Positions 18,365-26,316 of a stretch of DNA of 28,824 nt are shown piece by piece (position 1 is the stretch's first letter; every line of letters starts with the position of its first letter). Source of the DNA: a virus (lineage: Duplodnaviria > Caudoviricetes); the IMG/VR virus record IMGVR_UViG_3300029169_000024, positions 1 through 28,824 of that record, one strand, 5' to 3'. Below the pieces are notes generated by a model. It saw only the letters and a program-made list of their open reading frames with translations, did no database searches and was not told the origin of the DNA. A program made the translations under genes and the position numbers.

Positions 18365-19216
18365 TACGTTACCTTTCGCTGTTATTAATAAACATTCCTT
18401 ATTATCTAAGTTATTTTGATTTTCAGATTCAATAATATCTGTGTTATCTTTAGATTCATACAATGACTTTTCTTTTTCTGCCAAAACTTTAAACTGTGTA
18501 AATTTACTGTCTGGATTAGCAGGCTCATCAACACTTCCCATTCCAACAAATCTAATATCTTTTAAAACTCGTCCTAGTCTTTTATTTTCATATTTTCCTG
18601 ATCCTCCAAAACGTCTTAAATGCTTGGTTAAGAAAGATGTAGATTCGTTTCTTTCTACAACCGATATGTTTCCTTCTTCATCTACCAGTCCATAATCGAA
18701 GTTTCCAAGTATGCATTCCATAGATACAAATTGTTTGTCAACAGAAGCCAAAGTTACTATCTTAGAAGCTAAATCAGGATGTATAAACTTATAAATTACA
18801 AATCCAACTTCTATATTAAACAGTTGATCAGGCAATACTGATTCTAAGACTGTTCCATCTTTATCGACGACTTTAGATGATATGATATGTCCAATTATGT
18901 CCGAAGATTCATGTTCGACATTAAAAGGAGTATTTATAGGAGTATCTTTAGCAGCAAACGTTTCTTCGGGAAGAAAAATATCATCATTGTGGTTCATATT
19001 AGTAGAAACTAATATAGACGATCCATATAACAGGTCTGGATGCATATTATCTGGTAAGTCAATAGAAGATATTTTATCAGTTATATCATCTAAGATAGAT
19101 GAAACACATAATTCTTCTGGTTTTTCGGTTCTTAAATTAAGTTTAACTGACATACAACTTTTGTTAGATGCTAGTATAACTTTTTCTAATTCTTTTTCAG
19201 ATTTATATATATGCAT
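17708..19216 (-). CDS. Prohead protease fused to scaffolding domain
   Basis: 502 aa. N-terminal half has HK97/assemblin-type motifs (NHNDDIF, PFNVEHESSDIIGHI, FVSMEC, FVGMGSVDEPA). C-terminal half is an acidic coiled coil ending in a basic helix. Confidence 0.8.
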   Translation of the reverse strand: MHIYKSEKELEKVILASNKSCMSVKLNLRTEKPEELCVSSILDDITDKISSIDLPDNMHPDLLYGSSILVSTNMNHNDDIFLPEETFAAKDTPINTPFNVEHESSDIIGHIISSKVVDKDGTVLESVLPDQLFNIEVGFVIYKFIHPDLASKIVTLASVDKQFVSMECILGNFDYGLVDEEGNISVVERNESTSFLTKHLRRFGGSGKYENKRLGRVLKDIRFVGMGSVDEPANPDSKFTQFKVLAEKEKSLYESKDNTDIIESENQNNLDNKECLLITAKGNVMKIENLDQALEKIQSLEDEKQTIATDLESVKNEKSTLEQSVVDVTAEKDSAQAELESIKSELEAEKQKVSVAEQEIVQLNETVEAKTSEAESKEQELAEATSKVQEFESAQVLANRVSELEGLGYTVGEDKVDDLKNMSDEVYASTLTWIKSIRKSDQTNDTSDNEDSSNASVDDLDNANVDLDNEIVDGGDSDEDLGDTKVAASLVKVLRAKAKRTS

Positions 19217-19232
19217 AGTGTTCTATTATAGA

Positions 19233-19238
19233 TATACA
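19233..19238 (-). promoter_or_regulatory. Putative late promoter motif TGTATA
   Basis: CTGTATATCT in the 23-nt gap upstream of the protease gene. No obvious SD follows. Confidence 0.45.
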
Positions 19239-19239
19239 G

Positions 19240-19560
19240 TTACTTCTTAAAACCAAGCTTTTTCATAAGCTTTTGAGATGCTAGAGATACCATCTTAGTA
19301 AATCTAGTTCTTTCCACTTCTTTATTCTTACTGTCCCAATAAAAACTTTCTCTAATCATATCGCTATAATCTTCTGATTGGACTTCATAGCTAACAGAAT
19401 ACGAATGAATAATTTCATCACTATCTTCTTCATCACAGCAAGAACAATCTTTATATGTGTATTTTGATATCGTAAGTCCATCAAAATCAATATCAATACC
19501 GTTCACCTTGGATGAACATGTTAGGTTGTCGGTATCGATTTCTATACTAAAAATTGGCAT
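19240..19560 (-). CDS. Small acidic hypothetical protein (head module)
   Basis: 106 aa, GGAG SD, CSCC cluster, basic C-terminal helix. Lies between portal and protease. Confidence 0.65.
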   Translation of the reverse strand: MPIFSIEIDTDNLTCSSKVNGIDIDFDGLTISKYTYKDCSCCDEEDSDEIIHSYSVSYEVQSEDYSDMIRESFYWDSKNKEVERTRFTKMVSLASQKLMKKLGFKK

Positions 19561-19571
19561 TTTCTATCTCC

Positions 19572-21587
19572 TTAATTGTATTTTGACCAAATATTAGCTT
19601 TTATCATCTTGGACTGCATTATAGTTGGACTATCTCCATTGTCAATCCTAAACTTATCTAAAGCTTTATTATATTCATAAACCATTTTGTCATTAAAGTT
19701 TTTTATATCCGTACATTTAATATATACAAGATCTTTAGTTACATTATCATTCATTGAAAAGCAAGATAATGCTGACATTCTTATTTCATCTATTTTTTTC
19801 TTCTGATCTGCATTGAGCTTTCTAGCATTAGAAACTCCATAGTCTTCCATAACGTCTCTAATTACAGTATTTTCCAAAATATCTAATATATCCATGGCCC
19901 TAGCTTGCGAATTGATATTAAAGCCACTAGCAGTTCTTGGCTTAGCCTGTCTGTCTTTTCTATTGTTATCTTCAGTAGAGTCAGGAGGTCTTCCATTTCC
20001 ACCATCGTCTATTTCTTCTTTTTGATCAAACGGACTTTTTATTTCTATTCCAGCTTCTTCTAAAACCTTGTTTTGTCTTTTAATTTTTTCTACCTGAATT
20101 GGAAAGTCTTCATCATAAGCTTCAAGCACAGCTTCAGTACTTATCACTCCTCTATCAAGAAGTCCAACTATCAATTTCTTGGTAATATTCTCATCTTGTA
20201 GATTCATTTTCTTAAATTTAACCAAAGCAGGTTGGTCAAAAGACATAGCACTAGCTACCATCTTAACTTCATCTTGAAGCCAAGATATTATCTTTGATCT
20301 AATATATTGCAGTTTTTCTATAATAGTTTTTAACTGAATCCATGAATTAGAAAAGTTCGCTCCTTGTCCACCTAAAAGAACTTCAGGAATTCCTAGGCTA
20401 AAAAGTATATCTCTATTAACTTGCGTATATTTTTCAGGACCAAGAATCTTTTCAACTGGAGGATAGTACTCTTCCATAGAAATCATAGAATCCCATACAA
20501 TATCCATTGCCCCACCACCGGTATTTGTTTCCAAAACTTCATGAAGTCTCTCTATCACAGCAGCATTGGGATAGATACCTTCGGTATGATCTCCTAGTTT
20601 CCATAAACGAATAACATTTATAACTCCATCTAAAGCGGCTCTATCAGCTAATCTAAGCTTATCTTTAAATTGAATATTCTCAATTACTCCTGATAAATAT
20701 GGAGTAGCCCAGTTATCCCAAGAATCTTTCTTATAGTGACAAACAAATAGCTTTGACATATCTAATGGTATTTCAACATTAGATTTGTTTATATTTTGAT
20801 TAGATAAAATGTGTTTTCTAATATCGGCAGGAAGCTGACTTACCATTTCAGGATGGCTTTTCATAGCCTCTTTAACTTGTTGAACAAATTTATTATTAAG
20901 TTCTATACATAATTTTTTCGATCCCACCATTTTTTCAAATTCATCTTGTTTCCAAGATAGATTTAAAATATCTAAAAATAAGTACCTCAAGGGAATTTCT
21001 CTAGACTGTGGTTTATTTTTATCTGTTTTCAAAGGGGGAACATCTGGACTAGCTTTTAAAAACTCTTTTTCAACCGGCTTAGATATCTTTCCAGTCAATC
21101 TTTTTAAAACACTGTTTCCATCAATAAGAAGGTGACGAGCCATTTCTTCCACAATGTCAGGAACCATGGCTTTTTTAGCCCAAGCCTTATAAAATATCTC
21201 TATTTCTGGATCAGGATGTATAATTTGCAAATCTTCAACAGTAAAGTCTACCATAAGATTTACTACATTTCTGACTACTCCGTTGGTTTCATAAATAAAT
21301 CTACAAGCTTTTACTACATTCTTAAATTTAGTAGGAGTTTTTTCTCCCGGTCTATAATAGTTATAGTCCGATCTATTAAAAGGAGTTCTAGTTGTGACCG
21401 TGTCATTTGTTATTTCAAAAAACGAAGAAGACGCACTTGCACGTTTTATTCCATCAAATGCCTTGGGTCCATCATAATCGTCTGGCATAGACGAAGATTT
21501 ATTAGAGAGATAAAAACTTTTATCTTTATTAGAAACAGTTTCAATATTTCCTTGTGACTTATCTTGTTCGTTATTGTTTTTTTCCAT
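19572..21587 (-). CDS. Portal protein
   Basis: Directly after TerL. Motifs YETNGVVRNVVNLMVDF, WATPYL, ILFSLGIPEVLLGG.GANFS, LLDRGVISTE are portal-like. ATG 21587 preferred over TTG 21596. Confidence 0.85.
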   Translation of the reverse strand: MEKNNNEQDKSQGNIETVSNKDKSFYLSNKSSSMPDDYDGPKAFDGIKRASASSSFFEITNDTVTTRTPFNRSDYNYYRPGEKTPTKFKNVVKACRFIYETNGVVRNVVNLMVDFTVEDLQIIHPDPEIEIFYKAWAKKAMVPDIVEEMARHLLIDGNSVLKRLTGKISKPVEKEFLKASPDVPPLKTDKNKPQSREIPLRYLFLDILNLSWKQDEFEKMVGSKKLCIELNNKFVQQVKEAMKSHPEMVSQLPADIRKHILSNQNINKSNVEIPLDMSKLFVCHYKKDSWDNWATPYLSGVIENIQFKDKLRLADRAALDGVINVIRLWKLGDHTEGIYPNAAVIERLHEVLETNTGGGAMDIVWDSMISMEEYYPPVEKILGPEKYTQVNRDILFSLGIPEVLLGGQGANFSNSWIQLKTIIEKLQYIRSKIISWLQDEVKMVASAMSFDQPALVKFKKMNLQDENITKKLIVGLLDRGVISTEAVLEAYDEDFPIQVEKIKRQNKVLEEAGIEIKSPFDQKEEIDDGGNGRPPDSTEDNNRKDRQAKPRTASGFNINSQARAMDILDILENTVIRDVMEDYGVSNARKLNADQKKKIDEIRMSALSCFSMNDNVTKDLVYIKCTDIKNFNDKMVYEYNKALDKFRIDNGDSPTIMQSKMIKANIWSKYN

Positions 21588-21621
21588 ATTAATCAAACCA
21601 TAATTAAAACGTATATATAAA

Positions 21622-21627
21622 TATACA
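21622..21627 (-). promoter_or_regulatory. Putative late promoter motif TGTATA
   Basis: TTGTATATTT about 35 nt upstream of the portal ATG. Confidence 0.5.
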
Positions 21628-21631
21628 ATAC

Positions 21632-23713
21632 TTAGTTGCGTTTCTTAGGAACATTTCCTAATATCCAGTCAGATCCTTGTGATATTTTCAACATTCCTGG
21701 ACCAGAATATAATGAAGAAGTTTTATTTTCACTTGACTTCTTGGTAACAATATCTTTTGTGCCACCAACAGGAATATATTTAATTTTAGGAATTTCATCC
21801 TTACCAATATCTCGACAATATCCATTGACATATAGCAATGCAGAATATCGGTCTTTTCTTAATCGACCTTTCTTCTGATTAGGAAGCTTTATTTCAGGAG
21901 TGTCAAAAACCTCTCGTCCTAATATAGAACTAGGTCTACATTCAACAGTACATATTTCATTTTTTAATTCTTCAATTTCTAAAACTAAATCTTCATATGT
22001 ATCATATACTATTTCATTTAACTCGTCAATTTGTTGTGCCTTAGCCATTTCTACAACATCAAACATAGGAAAGATAAGCTGTTTATCTTGTAAATCTTTC
22101 AACATTCCGTGATTATATTCACTATTCAATTCGCTAGTTGGCTTTACTAGTTCTAATATGTGGATTCCATCTTCAATATCACTCATTTTAGGGTCGTCTG
22201 GATCTATAACTGTAAACACAGGAAGTTCTCCATTGGTACAACTGTTAACCGAACCTAGTGCTTCGGATATAGCAGTTCCTCCTCCGTTTTTATCCATTAA
22301 TATTCTAACAATATTAAATGAAGACATAATTTTTCTAATCTGCTTAGCAACATAAAGATAGTAATCATCTTCTAGTTTTATTCCAGAACTCTTCATATGT
22401 TTTCTTAATGCATCATATTTTTTCTTATTAGTTGTCCAGCAATGAACTATTCGTCTATGGTCGTTATGAGATTCTACAACAACTATAGCTGCATTATCTT
22501 TATCTGCAGCTGGGTCAATTCCCATATAATAAGCTCTATCTTCTTTGCCCTGTCTTAAGGCTGAAAATTGAACTTTTTTATTTCCAGCTATTGATATTGG
22601 TCTATTAGTAGTAGCCGATTCTATGACAGACCTCTTAAAGAATCCATCGCTATCAGAAGGAAATACTGCACCATATTCCATTAAAAATTCACTTCTATGC
22701 ATTGAAGCTTTACCCTGAGCCACAATTTGTGAATCAAGCAGTCCTTCGGGAACATGGGTATATGGAATTCTAATTACTGAATAATCTTTCCACGAAAATC
22801 CTTCTGGAACATTCCCATCTTCAAATACATTTCTTATTTTATCATAGTCTCCTTTAGATGAAACTATGCTTTTCCATTGTTGGAATAATTTATAAAAATG
22901 ATTAAATGAATAATATGCTGTTCCACTATAAACAATTTGGTTTCCTGATAAAGAACCTGAAGACAACTTAGTCATTTCAGGAGTCCACAATCCTTGTTCT
23001 TTTAATTTGTTTATCCTAGCAGCCATTTTGATTTTCTGGATTGGCTCAAATGCACTTGCACCAAATCCTCTAACAACTACATCAAAAATATTTTGTGGAA
23101 TTGAAGCTGTTTCATCTGCTAAAATATAGTTAGCTCTAAGTCCTCTTATCTTCTCTCCTGTACCCAGTGGAATTGCATAACATACGCCTCCGGCAAGTCT
23201 AAATTCACATCTATCCACTTCTCTCTTGGGTCCAGTTCGTTTATCTGCCCCTCCGGCTATATCTCTTAATATAGGAGAGTCATCCCAAAATTTAATCATA
23301 TAATCAAATATTTGACGAGATTGACGAAACGCTGCTCCAACCAAAACAACCTTGCACCCAGGATTTAAAACCAACCGCAATAATGCATATACTGCAAGCA
23401 AAAAGCTTTTTCCTGCCCCTCTTGATGCTATAAGCATGGGGAATCGAGTTGTCCAAAACTGTTCTAGAATTAAAGCTTGAAATGGATGTATCTCTATATT
23501 TAATATATATTTACAAACCATTGGTAAATAATTAGAGTCAATACACAGGTTACAAAAAGATGTCATTATATCAATGTCTGTATCCAAATCAAATGGATTG
23601 GATAGACTATCAATATATTGAGGAGTAACATCTATGTCCAACCATTCATAAGAGTCGTCCTCAGGTATATCAAAAAATGGAGTAAAGTCAGGTTTTACTA
23701 TTTTTTTATTCAT
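21632..23713 (-). CDS. terL: Terminase large subunit
   Basis: 693 aa. Q-motif HPFQ, Walker A ASRGAGKS, IRGLRA plus Walker B YILADE, motif III YSGTA, RNase H-like YMGIDPA, LMDKNGGG, KDRYSAL. Confidence 0.95.
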   Translation of the reverse strand: MNKKIVKPDFTPFFDIPEDDSYEWLDIDVTPQYIDSLSNPFDLDTDIDIMTSFCNLCIDSNYLPMVCKYILNIEIHPFQALILEQFWTTRFPMLIASRGAGKSFLLAVYALLRLVLNPGCKVVLVGAAFRQSRQIFDYMIKFWDDSPILRDIAGGADKRTGPKREVDRCEFRLAGGVCYAIPLGTGEKIRGLRANYILADETASIPQNIFDVVVRGFGASAFEPIQKIKMAARINKLKEQGLWTPEMTKLSSGSLSGNQIVYSGTAYYSFNHFYKLFQQWKSIVSSKGDYDKIRNVFEDGNVPEGFSWKDYSVIRIPYTHVPEGLLDSQIVAQGKASMHRSEFLMEYGAVFPSDSDGFFKRSVIESATTNRPISIAGNKKVQFSALRQGKEDRAYYMGIDPAADKDNAAIVVVESHNDHRRIVHCWTTNKKKYDALRKHMKSSGIKLEDDYYLYVAKQIRKIMSSFNIVRILMDKNGGGTAISEALGSVNSCTNGELPVFTVIDPDDPKMSDIEDGIHILELVKPTSELNSEYNHGMLKDLQDKQLIFPMFDVVEMAKAQQIDELNEIVYDTYEDLVLEIEELKNEICTVECRPSSILGREVFDTPEIKLPNQKKGRLRKDRYSALLYVNGYCRDIGKDEIPKIKYIPVGGTKDIVTKKSSENKTSSLYSGPGMLKISQGSDWILGNVPKKRN

Positions 23714-24203
23714 ATTTATACATTCTTAATATATTTTCAAATATGGACTTAGCCACTATCTTTCCACAATCTCCAGCAAAAATGACATTTACATCATATT
23801 TTAATTCTAACTCATGAAGCCACTTTAATACCTTTTTTCCTGGAGGTCCATTTCTCATTTGCGGGGGACACATTCCAAGTACATCTTTATTTATATTTCC
23901 TTCTACCACTATATACTTATGTTTAACGTTTTGCATCCTTTCCATCTCTCGATGAAATCTTTCCTTACTAGACTTTGGGGTCATGTTTCCAAATAATTCA
24001 GAGAATCCATTTTTTCTTTCGATAGTTATGATATGTTCCATTCCTTTTATAGAATAGTCTCCACAATCTAGTTTGCACAGTTCAGTATCACTAAAGTTAA
24101 TTTTGCCAGCTTTACATTCGGTATCTTGAAACATCCAGCCTTGATCAGGCTTTTCTCTGGTGTCTCGAATTATAACTACATTTTTCGGAAGTCTAGTTGC
24201 CAT
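23706..24203 (-). CDS. ERCC4/XPF-Mus81-family structure-specific nuclease
   Basis: IIRDTRE, LDCGDYS, ITIERK..SEL, ERFHREMER match the ERCC4 signature DxRE...GDY...ERK. Confidence 0.88.
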   Translation of the reverse strand: MATRLPKNVVIIRDTREKPDQGWMFQDTECKAGKINFSDTELCKLDCGDYSIKGMEHIITIERKNGFSELFGNMTPKSSKERFHREMERMQNVKHKYIVVEGNINKDVLGMCPPQMRNGPPGKKVLKWLHELELKYDVNVIFAGDCGKIVAKSIFENILRMYKYE

Positions 24204-24855
24204 ATTCTTGTTTCATCTTTTTATAATAGTATTTAAATGTTTGTCTAAAAGGTTTTGCAGTAACTAATGGTTTCTTTAATTTAAACTCTTCTCTAATTTC
24301 TTTTAAAGATCCAGTGCACATATATGCATGAATTTCATCATACATACAACTTCTTCCGTATCCCCATTCTTTTAATGTACTTATGACTTGGTCTTTAATT
24401 GAAGAATCCATATTTCTAATATTTTTTCTCATCTCATTTTGATATTCTTTATTTAAATGCCACATACCATGTGCGATCTCATGTTTTAAATATATGTCTT
24501 CATGCAAGGCTATTAAGTAAAAATCTCTATCTCGCCAGTCAGATATTTTTTTATCTAACAGTTCTAACAGCTTCAACTCTTTATTACTTAAATCGTCATG
24601 GTAGTGAAAAAGCTCATAAAATTCTTGTATAGAATATCCTTTAATATTAAATCCGCCCCAATCAGAGAGATAAGTAAAGTTGCCATGGTTTTTAGCATAC
24701 GTATCCATTAACTTTTCCAAAGTAAAATATTTACCTTTCATGTTTATACTTTTACTTTCATAAAATTCTTCCATACGCATCATGGTTGAAGCACATTCAT
24801 ATTGACTCTTAAATCGAACCAAATATAGATTTTCCATTATTTCACGCAGACGCAT
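24193..24855 (-). CDS. Putative zincin-like metalloprotein
   Basis: 220 aa with HEIAH (HExxH) and a downstream DEIHAY that could supply the third (Glu) ligand. Confidence 0.6.
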   Translation of the reverse strand: MRLREIMENLYLVRFKSQYECASTMMRMEEFYESKSINMKGKYFTLEKLMDTYAKNHGNFTYLSDWGGFNIKGYSIQEFYELFHYHDDLSNKELKLLELLDKKISDWRDRDFYLIALHEDIYLKHEIAHGMWHLNKEYQNEMRKNIRNMDSSIKDQVISTLKEWGYGRSCMYDEIHAYMCTGSLKEIREEFKLKKPLVTAKPFRQTFKYYYKKMKQEYGN

Positions 24856-24856
24856 A

Positions 24857-25234
24857 TTAGTACCTCAATCTAGGATTCTTTGGCTTCCATTTTTGTCTTA
24901 TCTTTTTAATAATATTTTTAGACTTAGTTGTTTTGTCTTTTTGTCCTTTTTTCTTATGATACTTTATAGTATTTTCTTCTACTATTTTTTTAAAGCGAGC
25001 TTGAAACTGATCTTCTATTCCATTTATTTCTTCATGGACTTTTTTAGAAAGAGTTATTCCATTGCTAACAACATATCTCAAATGAGGAGCGTCTGCCCAT
25101 CTTACTATATGATGAGCTTCAAGTTCTCCACCTTTCATTCCAGTATGACAACATGTAAAACCATCTCTTGAAAACACTGCCCATCGCCAAGCTTTATATT
25201 CTTTGCTATTGTAATCTTCTCGATCAGGAGACAT
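24857..25234 (-). CDS. HNH endonuclease
   Basis: WRWAVFSRDGFTC...LEAHHI...NGITLSKKVH. 125 aa with basic tail. Confidence 0.85.
   Translation of the reverse strand: MSPDREDYNSKEYKAWRWAVFSRDGFTCCHTGMKGGELEAHHIVRWADAPHLRYVVSNGITLSKKVHEEINGIEDQFQARFKKIVEENTIKYHKKKGQKDKTTKSKNIIKKIRQKWKPKNPRLRY
25038..25057. repeat. 20-bp direct repeat, copy 1 (copy 2 at 26405-26424)
   Basis: acttttttagaaagagttat is identical in both HNH genes (encodes ITLSKKV). Confidence 0.8.
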
Positions 25235-26315
25235 TTGTGCCTACGCTTTCTAGTATCCCACAATCATAACGAACCATGGTTTCTACTAAGTCGTAAAAAC
25301 TGTAATTAGGAATCCATCCAAGTTCTTTATTAGCTAATGATGGATCTCCAAGCAATAGATTTACTTCAGCTGGTCGATAAAATTTAGGGTCTATTTCTAC
25401 AAACTCTGACCAATCTTCAATGCCTATTACCGAAAAAGCTTTATCTAAAAACTCTCTAATACTTCTTGTTTGTCCAGATGCAAGCACATAGTCTTTGGGA
25501 TCAGTTCTCTGTAACATCATCCACATACCACGAACCATGTCTCTAGCGTCACTCCAATCTCGCTTAGAATCTAAGTTTCCTAATTTTAAAGTGCTGATAA
25601 GACCAAGGTCAAGAGCTTGTTTAAAACCTAAGTCGGTAGGAACTAGACTGTTTAATCCATCTTCAAACATAGTATCAATATTTTTTTCTACTATTTTAAA
25701 AGACTCTCCAATATAATTAGTTATTTTTCTAGTTACAAATTGTTTAGATCTTCTAATTCCTTCATGATTGAAGAGACGGCCAAAACAAGCATATAGTCCA
25801 TATGACTGTCTATAAACCTTTACTAAATCTTCTGAAGCACATTTTGACGCGGCATAAGGGCTAACAGGATTAGTAGGAGTTTTTTCTGTCTGCGGTGTTT
25901 CTAAAACTTCTCCATAAACTTCTGAAGTAGAAGCTTGATAAAACTTACAATCTGGAACAAACTGTCTTATAGATTCTAAAAAGTTTAAAGTTCCTAAACT
26001 ATTAATCTCAAAAGTAGCGATAGGCTGAGTCCAAGAGGCTGAAACAAAAGACTGAGCAGCTAAATTATATATTTCATCAGGCTTATACTTTCTTACCACT
26101 CTGGATATACTTGCCATATCTACTATATCGGCCTCTTCAATTACAAAATCATCATACGTTTTACATTTAGATAAATTTTGATAATCAGGAGAACTACTTC
26201 TTCTTTCTAGTCCAATAACAAAATAATCTTTTTCTAATAATAACTCTGCTAACCAACTAGCATCTTGTCCTTTGATTCCAGAAATTATAGCTGTTTTTTT
26301 ATTACGCACTTTCAT
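25224..26315 (-). CDS. gmd: GDP-mannose 4,6-dehydratase
   Basis: Start moved to ATG 26315 (AAGGA SD). Motifs ISGIKGQDASWLAELLL, PDEIYNLAAQS.V, FYQASTSE, SPYAASK, LFNHE, FVTRKIT, LGNLDSKRDW, YRPAEVNLLLGD. Confidence 0.95.
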   Translation of the reverse strand: MKVRNKKTAIISGIKGQDASWLAELLLEKDYFVIGLERRSSSPDYQNLSKCKTYDDFVIEEADIVDMASISRVVRKYKPDEIYNLAAQSFVSASWTQPIATFEINSLGTLNFLESIRQFVPDCKFYQASTSEVYGEVLETPQTEKTPTNPVSPYAASKCASEDLVKVYRQSYGLYACFGRLFNHEGIRRSKQFVTRKITNYIGESFKIVEKNIDTMFEDGLNSLVPTDLGFKQALDLGLISTLKLGNLDSKRDWSDARDMVRGMWMMLQRTDPKDYVLASGQTRSIREFLDKAFSVIGIEDWSEFVEIDPKFYRPAEVNLLLGDPSLANKELGWIPNYSFYDLVETMVRYDCGILESVGTNVS

Positions 26316-26316
26316 A

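Noticed and set aside
21632-23713. Possible intein in the long TerL
   Set aside because: No C/S...HN splice junctions or LAGLIDADG motifs. ATPase and nuclease motifs are in normal order and spacing.
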